NCBI GenBank assembly: GCA_035530075.1
Contig: DATKVM010000005.1
Location: 87,861-151,860, forward strand
Reading direction: 5' to 3'
From: Patescibacteria group bacterium
Lineage (GTDB): Bacteria > Patescibacteriota > Microgenomatia > UM-FILTER-40-11
DNA: 64,000 bases
In this document: in pieces, positions 10,941-19,610 of the stretch
Layout of the letters: the number at the start of each line of letters is the position of its first letter
Numbering within the stretch: the first letter of the stretch is position 1
Translations under genes and position numbers: made by a program
The notes under the pieces: model-generated
The model's database searches: none
The model's input: only the letters and a program-made list of their open reading frames with translations
Told to the model about the DNA's origin: nothing

Positions 10941-11064
10941 TAAAAATCGAGTAAGGCTCTATTCTTTTTTCTAATAAAAAAATATCGCCAAAAATTCTCT
11001 TTTGGCGACGCAAAAGATACGGACAATATAAATGTCCGTTACCATTTCTTTTACTGACAAAGCC

Positions 11065-11093
11065 AGTATAACCCGCTAATTTTCCTTTGTCAA
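11065..11093 (-). promoter_or_regulatory. Sigma70-like promoter for rpoB-rpoC (-35 TTGACA, 17-nt spacer, -10 TATACT on the minus strand)
   Basis: Reverse complement of 11088-11093 is TTGACA and of 11065-11070 is TATACT with exact 17-nt spacing; about 120 nt upstream of the rpoB ATG. Confidence 0.45.
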
Positions 11094-11105
11094 GGGGGGA
11101 TATAA

Positions 11106-12230
11106 TTATCTTAGGTATTTCCCAATATTGGCCACCTGTTCTTCGTCGGTTTTGGCGTAATGCATTGTCCCGTTTTCATCGTTAAGATAATACCAATAGG
11201 GAGAATCTTCCGGATTTAAAACCGCTTTAACCGAAGAAAGGCCGGGGTTACAAATTGGTCCCGGAGGCAAGCCCTGATAAACATAAGTATTATAAGCGGA
11301 TTTAACTTGTAAATCGCTTTGGTTCAGACCCTTGGGCCACCATTCACAAAAAAGTCCCGGCACTTTGCATTTAGCGCTAGCCACCGCGTACTGAACCGTT
11401 GCATCTGCCTGAAGCGGCCAGCCGCGGCGCCACCTTTTTAAAATAATGCTGGCGACCAAGCGACGATCCTTATCGGCCCGAGCTTCTCTTTCAACTATCG
11501 AAGCCAGCGTCAAAACCCCTTTTAAGCTCAAACCGCTCGCCTGGATTTCTGCCTCCAACCCGACTTTGGCTTTTTTCTCAAAATTACGACTAATAATCTT
11601 TAAGATTGCCCCCTGAGTCGCTTTGGGCGGGAAAAAGTAAGTATCGGGAAAAAGCTCACCCTCCAACTTTTGATCGGCAATTGTCTGACACCACTCCTTT
11701 AAGTCAATCACAAAGCCTTTTTCCACCAAAAGTTCGCCAATTTCCTCCTGCCGCAAACCCTCAACAATCGTCACCCGCTGGTCAGTTATCCCTTTAATCA
11801 GTAGCCGGGCAATTTCCGAAACGCCCATCGAAGGGGCAAACTGGTAGACCCCGGCCTGAACTTTCTTGGCTTTACCCGTTAAAAAAAGATAAAGCTTGAA
11901 ATGAAAAGGGCTTCTGATTAAATTGACCTCCTTTAAGCGACTGGCAATCTGAGCCATTGTCTCTCCACGGTCAATCGTAAAAACAACGGTTTTTTGTTTA
12001 CTGGAATCGACCGGCCGTAAACCGCCCAGCCACCAAAAAATTATGGCCAACCAAAGGACAAAAATTAAAATTAGGCCGTAAAAAGCCCACGAAAAAAGTT
12101 CTCTTTTACCAATTTTGGGTTTTAACATCAACTGCCGACTTTTAAACTTCTTCAAAAAGAGCCCGTCGATACTTCTTTGTTTTCCTATCAAGAATGAAAA
12201 TTCGACCGCATTTACAAGTGATTTTCTCAC
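11106..12230 (-). CDS. mltG: Endolytic murein transglycosylase MltG (YceG-like); the true start may be the internal Met at 12128
   Basis: N-terminal TM segment followed by a YceG-like domain (…LPPGPICNPG…, QADATVQYA). Confidence 0.8.
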   Translation of the reverse strand: MRKSLVNAVEFSFLIGKQRSIDGLFLKKFKSRQLMLKPKIGKRELFSWAFYGLILIFVLWLAIIFWWLGGLRPVDSSKQKTVVFTIDRGETMAQIASRLKEVNLIRSPFHFKLYLFLTGKAKKVQAGVYQFAPSMGVSEIARLLIKGITDQRVTIVEGLRQEEIGELLVEKGFVIDLKEWCQTIADQKLEGELFPDTYFFPPKATQGAILKIISRNFEKKAKVGLEAEIQASGLSLKGVLTLASIVEREARADKDRRLVASIILKRWRRGWPLQADATVQYAVASAKCKVPGLFCEWWPKGLNQSDLQVKSAYNTYVYQGLPPGPICNPGLSSVKAVLNPEDSPYWYYLNDENGTMHYAKTDEEQVANIGKYLR

Positions 12231-12342
12231 TCTCTCCCTGCCAATTTTCTTTCTTCCCCGCGCTCAATAAAGCCCCGCAACCAACGCATTGGCCCCGCGA
12301 GAGTAACCAAGCCTGAACCGGAGCGATAATATTCTTGAACAT
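12142..12342 (-). CDS. Small Cys-rich (zinc-ribbon-like) protein, 66 aa
   Basis: CVGCG...CKCG pattern; ATG preceded by AAGGAGGG 7 nt upstream and by a conserved leader hairpin shared with infB. Confidence 0.4.
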   Translation of the reverse strand: MFKNIIAPVQAWLLSRGQCVGCGALLSAGKKENWQGESEKITCKCGRIFILDRKTKKYRRALFEEV

Positions 12343-12371
12343 CTTAGGCCCTCCTTCGACTCGCCGTAGTT

Positions 12372-12755
12372 TTAATGAAGGCGGTCTAAATAAAATTCTA
12401 ACATAATTGCTGCCGCAAAAGCATCCTCTTTTTCGTGCCTAAATTTCCTTTTTCTCTTCAGCTTAAGGAGGAGTTTCTGAGCCTCCTGGCTCGTGAGCGT
12501 TTCATCGAAAAATTCCACTGCCAATCCCGTCTGCTTTCGCAACCGTTCACCAAACCGCCTAATTTCTTCTTCCATCTTCCCTCCCGGCACCCCGACAACA
12601 ATCTTCTCCACTCCTAATTCTTTGGCTAACTTTGCACTTTGCACTTTGAACTTTGAACTTGGCCAGACGGCCAACGGTTCCACCAACCGCGTTTGGGTCT
12701 CCCCCACGGCCAGCCCAATTTTCGCTCTCCCATAATCTATTCCTAATATTTTCAT
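12372..12755 (-). CDS. ruvX: Holliday-junction resolvase-like / pre-16S rRNA nuclease YqgF (RuvX)
   Basis: MKILGIDYGRAKIGLAVGE... canonical RuvX N-terminus, 127 aa. Confidence 0.85.
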   Translation of the reverse strand: MKILGIDYGRAKIGLAVGETQTRLVEPLAVWPSSKFKVQSAKLAKELGVEKIVVGVPGGKMEEEIRRFGERLRKQTGLAVEFFDETLTSQEAQKLLLKLKRKRKFRHEKEDAFAAAIMLEFYLDRLH

Positions 12756-12764
12756 ATGCTTGCT

Positions 12765-12803
12765 ACTAACTACTGGCTACTGGCTACTGGCTACTGGCTA
12801 CTA
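12765..12803. repeat. Tandem heptanucleotide repeat (ctactgg/ctggcta), about 5.5 copies
   Basis: ctactaa ctactgg ctactgg ctactgg ctactgg ctactat read directly; lies between the sortase stop and the ruvX start, and the last unit supplies the sortase stop codon. Confidence 0.9.
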
Positions 12804-13547
12804 TATTTTCGTCAGTCTCGCCCTGATAATCAACCTTCTTAAGTAAGTTCCTGGGGGAACACAAGTAATTAAAGTCAAATAAGCATCATCATAGCGCTGG
12901 GCCAAGATGGAAATATCGTTCGGCGCCACTTCGATCATTTGTTCTATCACAAATTTGTACCTAACCTGGCCATAATCAACAAAGATTTCATCACCGATTT
13001 TTAAGGTCGGCAGAGTCGAAAAAATTGTCAGATAGTTTTTCGGATTAAAAAATTGGGGCAAAACTGAATGGCCAAAAATAACCGTGTTACCAAACCGACC
13101 AGGGGAGGCGGTGCCCGGATATTGAACAAGACTCTTCTTCAAATCCTCCATTCCCACTACAACCACCGCTTTATCAATCCCCAGCTTGGGAATAGAAAAT
13201 TGATAAGTGTTAACCGCCTCTTCCGCAAAGGCGGTGTTTTCTTCCGGAAACCAATTGCTAGCTTTAGTGTAATCTACCAAATCAATTTCCGTTCCCAAAA
13301 CTTCCGTCTCGCCGTTGGGCGGGCCAAAAGTCTGAGCAATCGCGGCGTCCGAATTGGGACTAATAAAAGCCGTCGAAAAACGCGGGGAAATTAAGAGCTG
13401 ATAAGAAATAATGGGATAAGCGGCATTAATGAAAAAAAAGAGGCCAACGACGACTAACAAAACGGCCATAAACCGCGCGTTTAAGCGGCTAGCCTTACCC
13501 GCCGCTTTAGAGGGAGTCTGCCTTTTAACGTAGCGATAAGGGACCAT
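12801..13547 (-). CDS. Sortase family transpeptidase
   Basis: N-terminal TM, VIFGHS (His) and TLITCVPPG (catalytic Cys TLxTC) motifs. Confidence 0.8.
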   Translation of the reverse strand: MVPYRYVKRQTPSKAAGKASRLNARFMAVLLVVVGLFFFINAAYPIISYQLLISPRFSTAFISPNSDAAIAQTFGPPNGETEVLGTEIDLVDYTKASNWFPEENTAFAEEAVNTYQFSIPKLGIDKAVVVVGMEDLKKSLVQYPGTASPGRFGNTVIFGHSVLPQFFNPKNYLTIFSTLPTLKIGDEIFVDYGQVRYKFVIEQMIEVAPNDISILAQRYDDAYLTLITCVPPGTYLRRLIIRARLTKI

Positions 13548-15941
13548 TTAGAGTGTTTCAATCGTGACGTTAATATTCTGCTCTCGCAGAGGGAAAATCC
13601 TGAAGAAAGCAAAAAAACGGGGTTTGACCGTGACTTCCAAGCCAATTGACTGGCTCAAGCTCTTCAGGTAATTTTCTCCTTTACTAAAAGTCTTTCCCTT
13701 CAGCTCAACCGGGATTTTCTCCACCGCCATCTCGGGCAAAAATTCCTCTTTGACCCGCGCGGTATAAATTCCTTTCACCTTATCTTTAACTGCCGAGCTT
13801 CTCTCTTCCTTAAGCGGCTCTTTTTGATAACCGGATGGCACTAGACCGGCTACCGCTTTATCCGCTAAAATCCGGAAATTTTCATCCTTAATATAGGCCA
13901 GGGCAAAAACCGCTTTTTCCTCCAGGGTTAAGCTAGTCACTTCATCTCCAACCTCATGATTAAAACGGTCAGTTTTATTTTTTAATAATATGGTGCCAGT
14001 TAACGGGTGATCATTTTCTCCCAGTTTAGCTAAAAGCTCCTCCTTTGCCTTGGCTTCCAGCTCTGCTAAAAGGGCCTTTTGTAAATTTTCCCGGTCCTCG
14101 CGAGAAACTGCCTGGATTTCTCGGCTAGCGCCGCCGGAAAAAGCAGTGGTATTTTTGATTTTCAAATTACTAAAGAGGCCCTTTTCCGGAGAAAACTCCG
14201 AATTATTCGCTACATTATACTGGGTGCCAATATCAGCCGCCGTCACTGTCACTTTACCCTCACCCAGTTTAGCTTGAGGCGGGTTAGCCGCCCAATCAAC
14301 GCTGGCAGAAGCGATTTTCACTTCCTGGTCTAGGACAAATTTGGTTCCACTCGGACCTTTAATGACTGCTCCCTTAGCAAAAATCACCACCTTCGTATCC
14401 CCATTGTAAATCGTCACTTCGCCCTTGGCCTTGTCTCCCACTGTCTTTTTACCCTTCACTTCAGCCGCTTTGCTGCCTGATATCTCTGTCGTTATTTCGC
14501 TAGCCGGAACAATCATCTTCTCACTGTCCACCGCGCCCACTTCGTCAGAAACGGAGAATTCAAACTCTTTATCCACTCGCTGCGGCTGAACAAATATCTT
14601 CACTTGAGCCCGAGCAAAACGCCAAAAGCCGAAAAAAACCATTCCCAAAACAAAAATTAGGCTCGCCCCCAATAAAACCAAAGCGCGGTGCGAGGCAAAA
14701 CTAAAAGCCAACCGAGGAGTCGGCAAATGAAGCCCCGTCCCTGATTGAGGAACTTTTAATCGGCCAAAAGCTTTTTTGGGCAGAGAGAAAATAGCGGCTA
14801 AGGCGGAAAGCCGAGAACTTTGGGGAAAGGGGGCTTCCGGCAGGGACATTTCCGACTCCGCCGGTACTGTTTCTTCAGGTGAAGCAAAAGTTCCTGGCGG
14901 CGAAGGTGACTCATTGGCCATCGCCTCTACCGCTCCCGTCAATAAAATATCCTCTCCTTTGACGAAACCAAAATCACCCCCTGAAAGGCTTTCTTCTCTT
15001 TTCTCGCGGCTGACTTCCTCTTCCAGCTTTTCGGCTGATTCTTCTTTCACTACAGCGGGCGTTTCAACTTTCGCCTCGACAGTCTCTTCTTTCGCCGCTA
15101 CCTCCGACGCCGGGGCCGTCTCTTGAAGAGTCGCTTCAACTTTCTCTGCTGCCAAACCCAACTCGTGTTTACCGGCAATCATCACTGCCTTGACCTCAAA
15201 ACCGTCCAGAGCAATTTCCACTTTAGGGAACTGCAAAAAATTAAGCTTCTTGCCATTTTCCGGCCCCACCCACGGATAAGCAACTAAAGCTTGACGCAAT
15301 TCTTCAATCTCGCCAATCTCCGCGTCCTCAATTAAAAAGATACGGTTAGGCAAAACCCCCTGATAATTGAACCTCAATAATCCTTCCTCTAAATCAAGTG
15401 CCACGCTATCACTGCGGCCCACGACTTTACTCCCTACAAATTTCCCTTGGTTAATCAGAGAAACAACCATCTCGGTCTCGCCCAAATTTAGCAAAATAAT
15501 ATTCGGTAAGCCGCCCTCTTCTTTTTTAAGATAATGAGCGATCGCTTCCGGCGTCACCACAAACCCCAGTGATTTCAAAAGCAATTTCTTACAAAGGGCT
15601 TGAAGAATAATTCCCCTTTTCTTCTCCACATTATTACCCTCTACCCAATGCTCCGGTAAACCCAAGATTACTTTCGTCGGTTGCTGACCATCCAGATGGG
15701 GAAGTTTTGTCACCGCCGTCGCAATCGAAGCATCGGCCGCCACTACCAGCTCTTCCGCACTGTCATTACTCCAGCTTTCAGTTGAACCAAAAGTAATTTC
15801 TTCGCTTCCTGCTCCTCCCAGATTCCAAATGGCGCTCTTGACTTTTCTTTCGCTAATGACCAGGCCAAGACAGAATTCTACTGAAGATTGATTTTTTTCC
15901 AAAGGATTGATTTTATCTAAAATATTGGACAGTGGCAGCAT
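13548..15941 (-). CDS. Large membrane protein: N-terminal actin-like (FtsA/PilM-like) ATPase domain, E/K-rich linker, one TM helix, about 380-aa extracytoplasmic C-terminal domain
   Basis: Motifs LGLVISERKVKSAIWNLGG and ILLNLGETEMVVSLINQGKF...GRSDSV resemble the phosphate-1/phosphate-2 motifs of the actin fold; TM ALVLLGASLIFVLGMVFFGFW; start set at the Met at 15941 so that it abuts rather than overlaps alaS. Confidence 0.45.
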   Translation of the reverse strand: MLPLSNILDKINPLEKNQSSVEFCLGLVISERKVKSAIWNLGGAGSEEITFGSTESWSNDSAEELVVAADASIATAVTKLPHLDGQQPTKVILGLPEHWVEGNNVEKKRGIILQALCKKLLLKSLGFVVTPEAIAHYLKKEEGGLPNIILLNLGETEMVVSLINQGKFVGSKVVGRSDSVALDLEEGLLRFNYQGVLPNRIFLIEDAEIGEIEELRQALVAYPWVGPENGKKLNFLQFPKVEIALDGFEVKAVMIAGKHELGLAAEKVEATLQETAPASEVAAKEETVEAKVETPAVVKEESAEKLEEEVSREKREESLSGGDFGFVKGEDILLTGAVEAMANESPSPPGTFASPEETVPAESEMSLPEAPFPQSSRLSALAAIFSLPKKAFGRLKVPQSGTGLHLPTPRLAFSFASHRALVLLGASLIFVLGMVFFGFWRFARAQVKIFVQPQRVDKEFEFSVSDEVGAVDSEKMIVPASEITTEISGSKAAEVKGKKTVGDKAKGEVTIYNGDTKVVIFAKGAVIKGPSGTKFVLDQEVKIASASVDWAANPPQAKLGEGKVTVTAADIGTQYNVANNSEFSPEKGLFSNLKIKNTTAFSGGASREIQAVSREDRENLQKALLAELEAKAKEELLAKLGENDHPLTGTILLKNKTDRFNHEVGDEVTSLTLEEKAVFALAYIKDENFRILADKAVAGLVPSGYQKEPLKEERSSAVKDKVKGIYTARVKEEFLPEMAVEKIPVELKGKTFSKGENYLKSLSQSIGLEVTVKPRFFAFFRIFPLREQNINVTIETL

Positions 15942-15942
15942 G

Positions 15943-17751
15943 CTATTCCAATATAGCATAAATCCGTCTTTTGCCGGCTCCCGATGATTCTTCTTTCGTG
16001 ATTTTGAACCTACCCAAGACTCCAGTCCGTTCCGCATGAGGACCGCCACACACCTCTTTGGAGAGTTCACCAATGGTATAAACCTTTACCTGCTCCGCAT
16101 ATTTTTGTTCAAAAAAAGCTAAAGCGCCTTTTTCTTTCGCTTCCGCCAACCCCATGGTTTCCGCCGTCACCGGCAAATCCTTTTCAATTTGCTCATTCAC
16201 TAAATCTTCCACTTCTTTAATTTGCTCCTCAGTTAATTTTTCCGGCCAAGTAAAATCAAAACGCAAACGCTCGGCAGTTAAGTTTGACCCGACTTGATGA
16301 ACTTCGGATCCCAAAACTTGCCGCAAAGCCGCGTGCAAAAGATGAGTGGCAGTATGGTATTTGACTACCTGTTCCGACTGATCAGCCAATCCCCCAGCAA
16401 ACTTCTTTTCCGCCCCCGCCCGGGAAAGTTTTTGATGCTCGGCCGAAGCTCGGTCAAATTCTGCTTCATTCACATTGATATCTTTTTCTTTGGCCATCTC
16501 GGCCGTCAGTTCAATTGGAAAGCCAAAAGTCTCATACAAGAAAAAGGCAGTTTTACCTGGTAGTTTTTCTCCACTCGGGAGCCCGCCGATGATTTTTTCA
16601 AATTCTTTAATCCCTCGGGATAAAGTCTTACTAAACCTTTCCTCTTCTTTACTCAATTCCGCCAAAATTTTAACTTTTTCTTGAATAATTTCTGGGTAAA
16701 CCTCGCCCATTGTCTCCATCACCGACTCGGCCACTTCGGTGGCAAAAGGTTTCTCAATCCCGAGCATTTTTCCAAAACGAATGGCTCTTCGGATTAATCT
16801 TCTTAAAACATAGCCCTGCTCCGTGTTTGAAGGAATTATTCCATCTGCAATCAAAAACGTGGCCGCTCTAATATGGTCTGCTATAATTCTGAACCGCTTC
16901 CTTACATCAACCCAGCATTGCTTACCATCCTTTATATACTCCTCATCTGACTTTTCGCCATATTTCAAACCCGATAATCCTTCAATCTTTTGAACAATCG
17001 GCCAAAGAACATCTGTTCTGTAAGCGTCATACTCATTGTTCATAACCATTAGCATCCGCTCGACCCCCATGCCCGTATCAATATTCTTTTGCTTCAGCGG
17101 CTCAAATCTTCCCTCGGCCGTACAGTTATACTGCATAAAGACATCGTTCCAGAATTCTAGATACTTTCCACAACCACAGCCGGGGCGGCAATCAGGCCCA
17201 CAGGCTTCCTCCCCTGTGTCGTAATACATTTCCGAGTCTGGCCCACACGGCCCAATTTTACCAGCCGGACCCCACCAATTATCTTTTTTTCCGAGAAAGT
17301 AAATTCTTTCTTTAGGAATGCCGACTTTCTCCCACAAAGCGGCGGTCTCATCATCGCGCGGAGCATCTTCATCCCCGGCAAAACAAGTGACAGAAATCTT
17401 CTCTTCTGGAATTCCCATCACTTTCGTCATGAATTCATAACTCCAAGGAATCATCTCTTTCTTCCAATAATCGCCAAGCGACCAGTTTCCCATCATCTCA
17501 AAAAATGTCTGATGGCAAGTATCACCAACCTCGTCAATATCCACCGTCCGCAAACATTTTTGGACACTGGCCAGTCTTTTTCCTAAAGGATGCGGCTCAC
17601 CCAAAAGATAGGGGACTAAAGGGTGCATGCCGGCGGAAATAAATAAAGTGGTGGGGTCATTTTCCGGAATCAGCGAAGCCGAAGGTAAAACCTTATGCCC
17701 TTTTTCCCTAAAAAAATCCAAATACTTTTTCCTAAGTTCTTTAGAAGTCAT
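15943..17751 (-). CDS. alaS: Alanine--tRNA ligase, short form (602 aa, lacks C-terminal DHHA1 region)
   Basis: MTSKELRKKYLDFFREKGHKVLPSASLIP...FTNAGM-like...editing-domain HTATHLLHAAL...CGGPH. Confidence 0.93.
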   Translation of the reverse strand: MTSKELRKKYLDFFREKGHKVLPSASLIPENDPTTLFISAGMHPLVPYLLGEPHPLGKRLASVQKCLRTVDIDEVGDTCHQTFFEMMGNWSLGDYWKKEMIPWSYEFMTKVMGIPEEKISVTCFAGDEDAPRDDETAALWEKVGIPKERIYFLGKKDNWWGPAGKIGPCGPDSEMYYDTGEEACGPDCRPGCGCGKYLEFWNDVFMQYNCTAEGRFEPLKQKNIDTGMGVERMLMVMNNEYDAYRTDVLWPIVQKIEGLSGLKYGEKSDEEYIKDGKQCWVDVRKRFRIIADHIRAATFLIADGIIPSNTEQGYVLRRLIRRAIRFGKMLGIEKPFATEVAESVMETMGEVYPEIIQEKVKILAELSKEEERFSKTLSRGIKEFEKIIGGLPSGEKLPGKTAFFLYETFGFPIELTAEMAKEKDINVNEAEFDRASAEHQKLSRAGAEKKFAGGLADQSEQVVKYHTATHLLHAALRQVLGSEVHQVGSNLTAERLRFDFTWPEKLTEEQIKEVEDLVNEQIEKDLPVTAETMGLAEAKEKGALAFFEQKYAEQVKVYTIGELSKEVCGGPHAERTGVLGRFKITKEESSGAGKRRIYAILE

Positions 17752-17878
17752 AATTTTCTTATTTCTTATCTCCTATTTCTTATTTCTTAAATAGAAGTAT
17801 ATCCCAAATCAGCCTCATGGGCAAACGGGAAAAAGCAGATGACGACAAAAAGAGTTCCTGGAAAAAAATTTAAAATAA

Positions 17879-17900
17879 CCCTTGGCCTCAGAATTTTCTC
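17879..17900 (+). repeat. Island motif copy 1 (degenerate): ccttggcctcagaattttctc
   Basis: Member of a 9-copy family with consensus tCCCCTTGCCCCCGAATTTTCTG; preceded by cctggaaaaaaatttaaaataac, which recurs at 18398. Confidence 0.6.
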
Positions 17901-17960
17901 ATCAAAGATTTCATAACTGTACTGTTGAAAGTTACCACATTTTTGTCATAATTAAATAAG

Positions 17961-18383
17961 ATGAGTTGGAGCAAAATTGTTTACCTTATTTTTTCAAACT
18001 TCTTGGCTTTTTTGTTTTATTATGTTGCAACCGCTTTCCTGTTTGATTATTCCCAATTTTGGTTGTTTTGGGTATTCTTCTCTTTGAATTTTGCCCTCTC
18101 CTTGGTTCTGATTTTAACCACAAAAAATAAAGGCATAAGCAAGAAAAGTTTTTTGTTGCATTTGGCTCCTGCAATTATCTTTATCGACATCTTTTTCCTT
18201 CCTTCAAAATTTTGCGGAACTGAAAGCAAAGGGGGAACCATAAGCTCATGTGAATGTCGGGGAATTCTAAAGAATAGGAGTCTTTTTTCTACTGCTTGTA
18301 TCGGCAAAAGGGTCAAGTGCTATGAGCATTTGCTCTATTCTCAAGGTGGAGGCGTAGTTGAAATACCTTGCCCCGATTACTAG
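17961..18383 (+). CDS. Hypothetical small membrane protein (140 aa)
   Basis: ORF with hydrophobic N-terminal half; plausible promoter TTGAAA-16-CATAAT upstream; bracketed by two copies of a 23-nt direct repeat. Confidence 0.3.
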   Translation: MSWSKIVYLIFSNFLAFLFYYVATAFLFDYSQFWLFWVFFSLNFALSLVLILTTKNKGISKKSFLLHLAPAIIFIDIFFLPSKFCGTESKGGTISSCECRGILKNRSLFSTACIGKRVKCYEHLLYSQGGGVVEIPCPDY

Positions 18384-18420
18384 AAAAAACTCAATATCCT
18401 GGAAAAAAATTTAAAATAAC

Positions 18421-18444
18421 TCCTTGTTTCCCTCCGAAATTCTC
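18421..18444 (+). repeat. Island motif copy 2 (degenerate): tccttgtttccctccgaaattctc
   Basis: Preceded by the identical 23-mer cctggaaaaaaatttaaaataac (18398-18420), as in copy 1. Confidence 0.6.
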
Positions 18445-18457
18445 TTAAAAGCACATA

Positions 18458-18949
18458 TCAGGGTAAAAGCTCTTGGAGGACTTGGTTGATAAATTCCCAC
18501 TGGCCGGGAAAGACAAAGTGACTGGAAAGGTTTTCTCTTTTAACCCACTTGACTTGACGAATCTCGTCTTTTTTAAATTTAATTTCTTTCATTGAACCAG
18601 TAAACTTTACCAAAAAATGCGTTTGTTGTTGACCTCTCCAAGTTTCACCTTCTTTTCTGAGCCTACTCAAAATTACTCCCATTGGCCATTCATATTGGCT
18701 GCGGTATTGACTAACGCCAATTAGTTCAAAATTACTGGTTCCCAACTCTTCTACTAGTTCCCTCAATAGTGCCCCCTGAGGGCTTTCTCCATCATCAATT
18801 CCTCCACCCGGAAACCGCCACTCGTTTTCTTTATAATCAACCATCTGGACAATCAAAAAATTGTTGTTTTTATCGACAACCACCCCTACTGTCCCCTGGC
18901 GATAACCAAGTTTTTCTATATCAATACTGTTTTCATCGATAGCCGCCAT
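18458..18949 (-). CDS. NUDIX hydrolase
   Basis: Nudix box GGGIDDGESPQGALLRELVEELG (G-x5-E-x7-REUxEExGU). Confidence 0.8.
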   Translation of the reverse strand: MAAIDENSIDIEKLGYRQGTVGVVVDKNNNFLIVQMVDYKENEWRFPGGGIDDGESPQGALLRELVEELGTSNFELIGVSQYRSQYEWPMGVILSRLRKEGETWRGQQQTHFLVKFTGSMKEIKFKKDEIRQVKWVKRENLSSHFVFPGQWEFINQVLQELLP

Positions 18950-19014
18950 TCGTAATCATATTTTACCAAATAATTATTTTCTTGCCTTACCTAACATTCT
19001 TCGATGCTTGATTT

Positions 19015-19110
19015 TTCTATGTTTATATTGAAAAGCCAGTTAAAACAGGTGTCGGTTCTGAATTCAGCGTTTTTGGGCCGTATAAGACCTGTTACACCTG
19101 GAAGCTATAA
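19015..19110 (+). pseudogene. 3'-terminal gene fragment homologous to the C-terminus of the 22203-22817 gene
   Basis: 19023-19110 is about 85% identical to 22721-22810, encoding ...EKPVKTGVGSEFSVFGPYKT..., but there is no upstream ORF; part of a direct repeat that also carries the island motif. Confidence 0.5.
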
Positions 19111-19162
19111 AGCTAGATAACAAAATAGCAATGTAACAATTTAACAATGGAACAATGAAATT

Positions 19163-19188
19163 CTCCCCTTTTCCCCCGAATTTTCTTA
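19163..19188 (+). repeat. Island motif copy 3: ctccccttttcccccgaattttctta
   Basis: 28 nt upstream of the ASCH-like gene ATG; followed by TGgTAAAAT extended -10-like sequence. Confidence 0.7.
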
Positions 19189-19215
19189 TTTCCCACTTCT
19201 GGTAAAATTAAAGAA

Positions 19216-19515
19216 ATGAACTGTATTCCTTTCCCTTCCTCCTACAAAAAGTCTCTGCTTAGTAAAACCAAAAACATAACGATTCGAATTAAGAATGAAT
19301 TGGGCAAATATAAAGTCGGAAAAATCTATAAAGCAACTTCTTGTTCCGGGAAAGAATGGGGTATTAGACTTAAAGTTAATCGGGTAAACAAAACCACGGT
19401 TGATAAACTATCAAGTTATGCTATCCCCCAAAAAACAATTAATCCACTTCTTAAAAAAGGAGATGTTTCACCCAAAAGTATGGTTGAAGTTGTTAGCTTT
19501 GAAGTAATTGATTAA
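19216..19515 (+). CDS. Small protein, possibly ASCH/PUA-like (99 aa)
   Basis: Size and the pattern ...KNITIRIKN...YKVGKIY...VVSFEVID loosely fit ASCH domains; weak. Confidence 0.35.
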   Translation: MNCIPFPSSYKKSLLSKTKNITIRIKNELGKYKVGKIYKATSCSGKEWGIRLKVNRVNKTTVDKLSSYAIPQKTINPLLKKGDVSPKSMVEVVSFEVID

Positions 19516-19539
19516 CTCACTTACTGGCACAATGTTTTT

Positions 19540-19570
19540 CTTTCCCCATTTTTGCCCCCGAATTCTCTGG
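19540..19570 (+). repeat. Island motif copy 4: ctttccccatttttgcccccgaattctctgg
   Basis: 40 nt upstream of the GNAT gene ATG. Confidence 0.7.
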
Positions 19571-19610
19571 AGCCAAATCATTCAACATTAGTTTTGTTAT
19601 AATCAGGACA

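Noticed and set aside
12765-12803. Heptamer arrays considered as a possible CRISPR array
   Set aside because: The unit is 7 bp with no spacers; there are no 25-40-bp repeats with unique spacers anywhere in the window; no cas genes.
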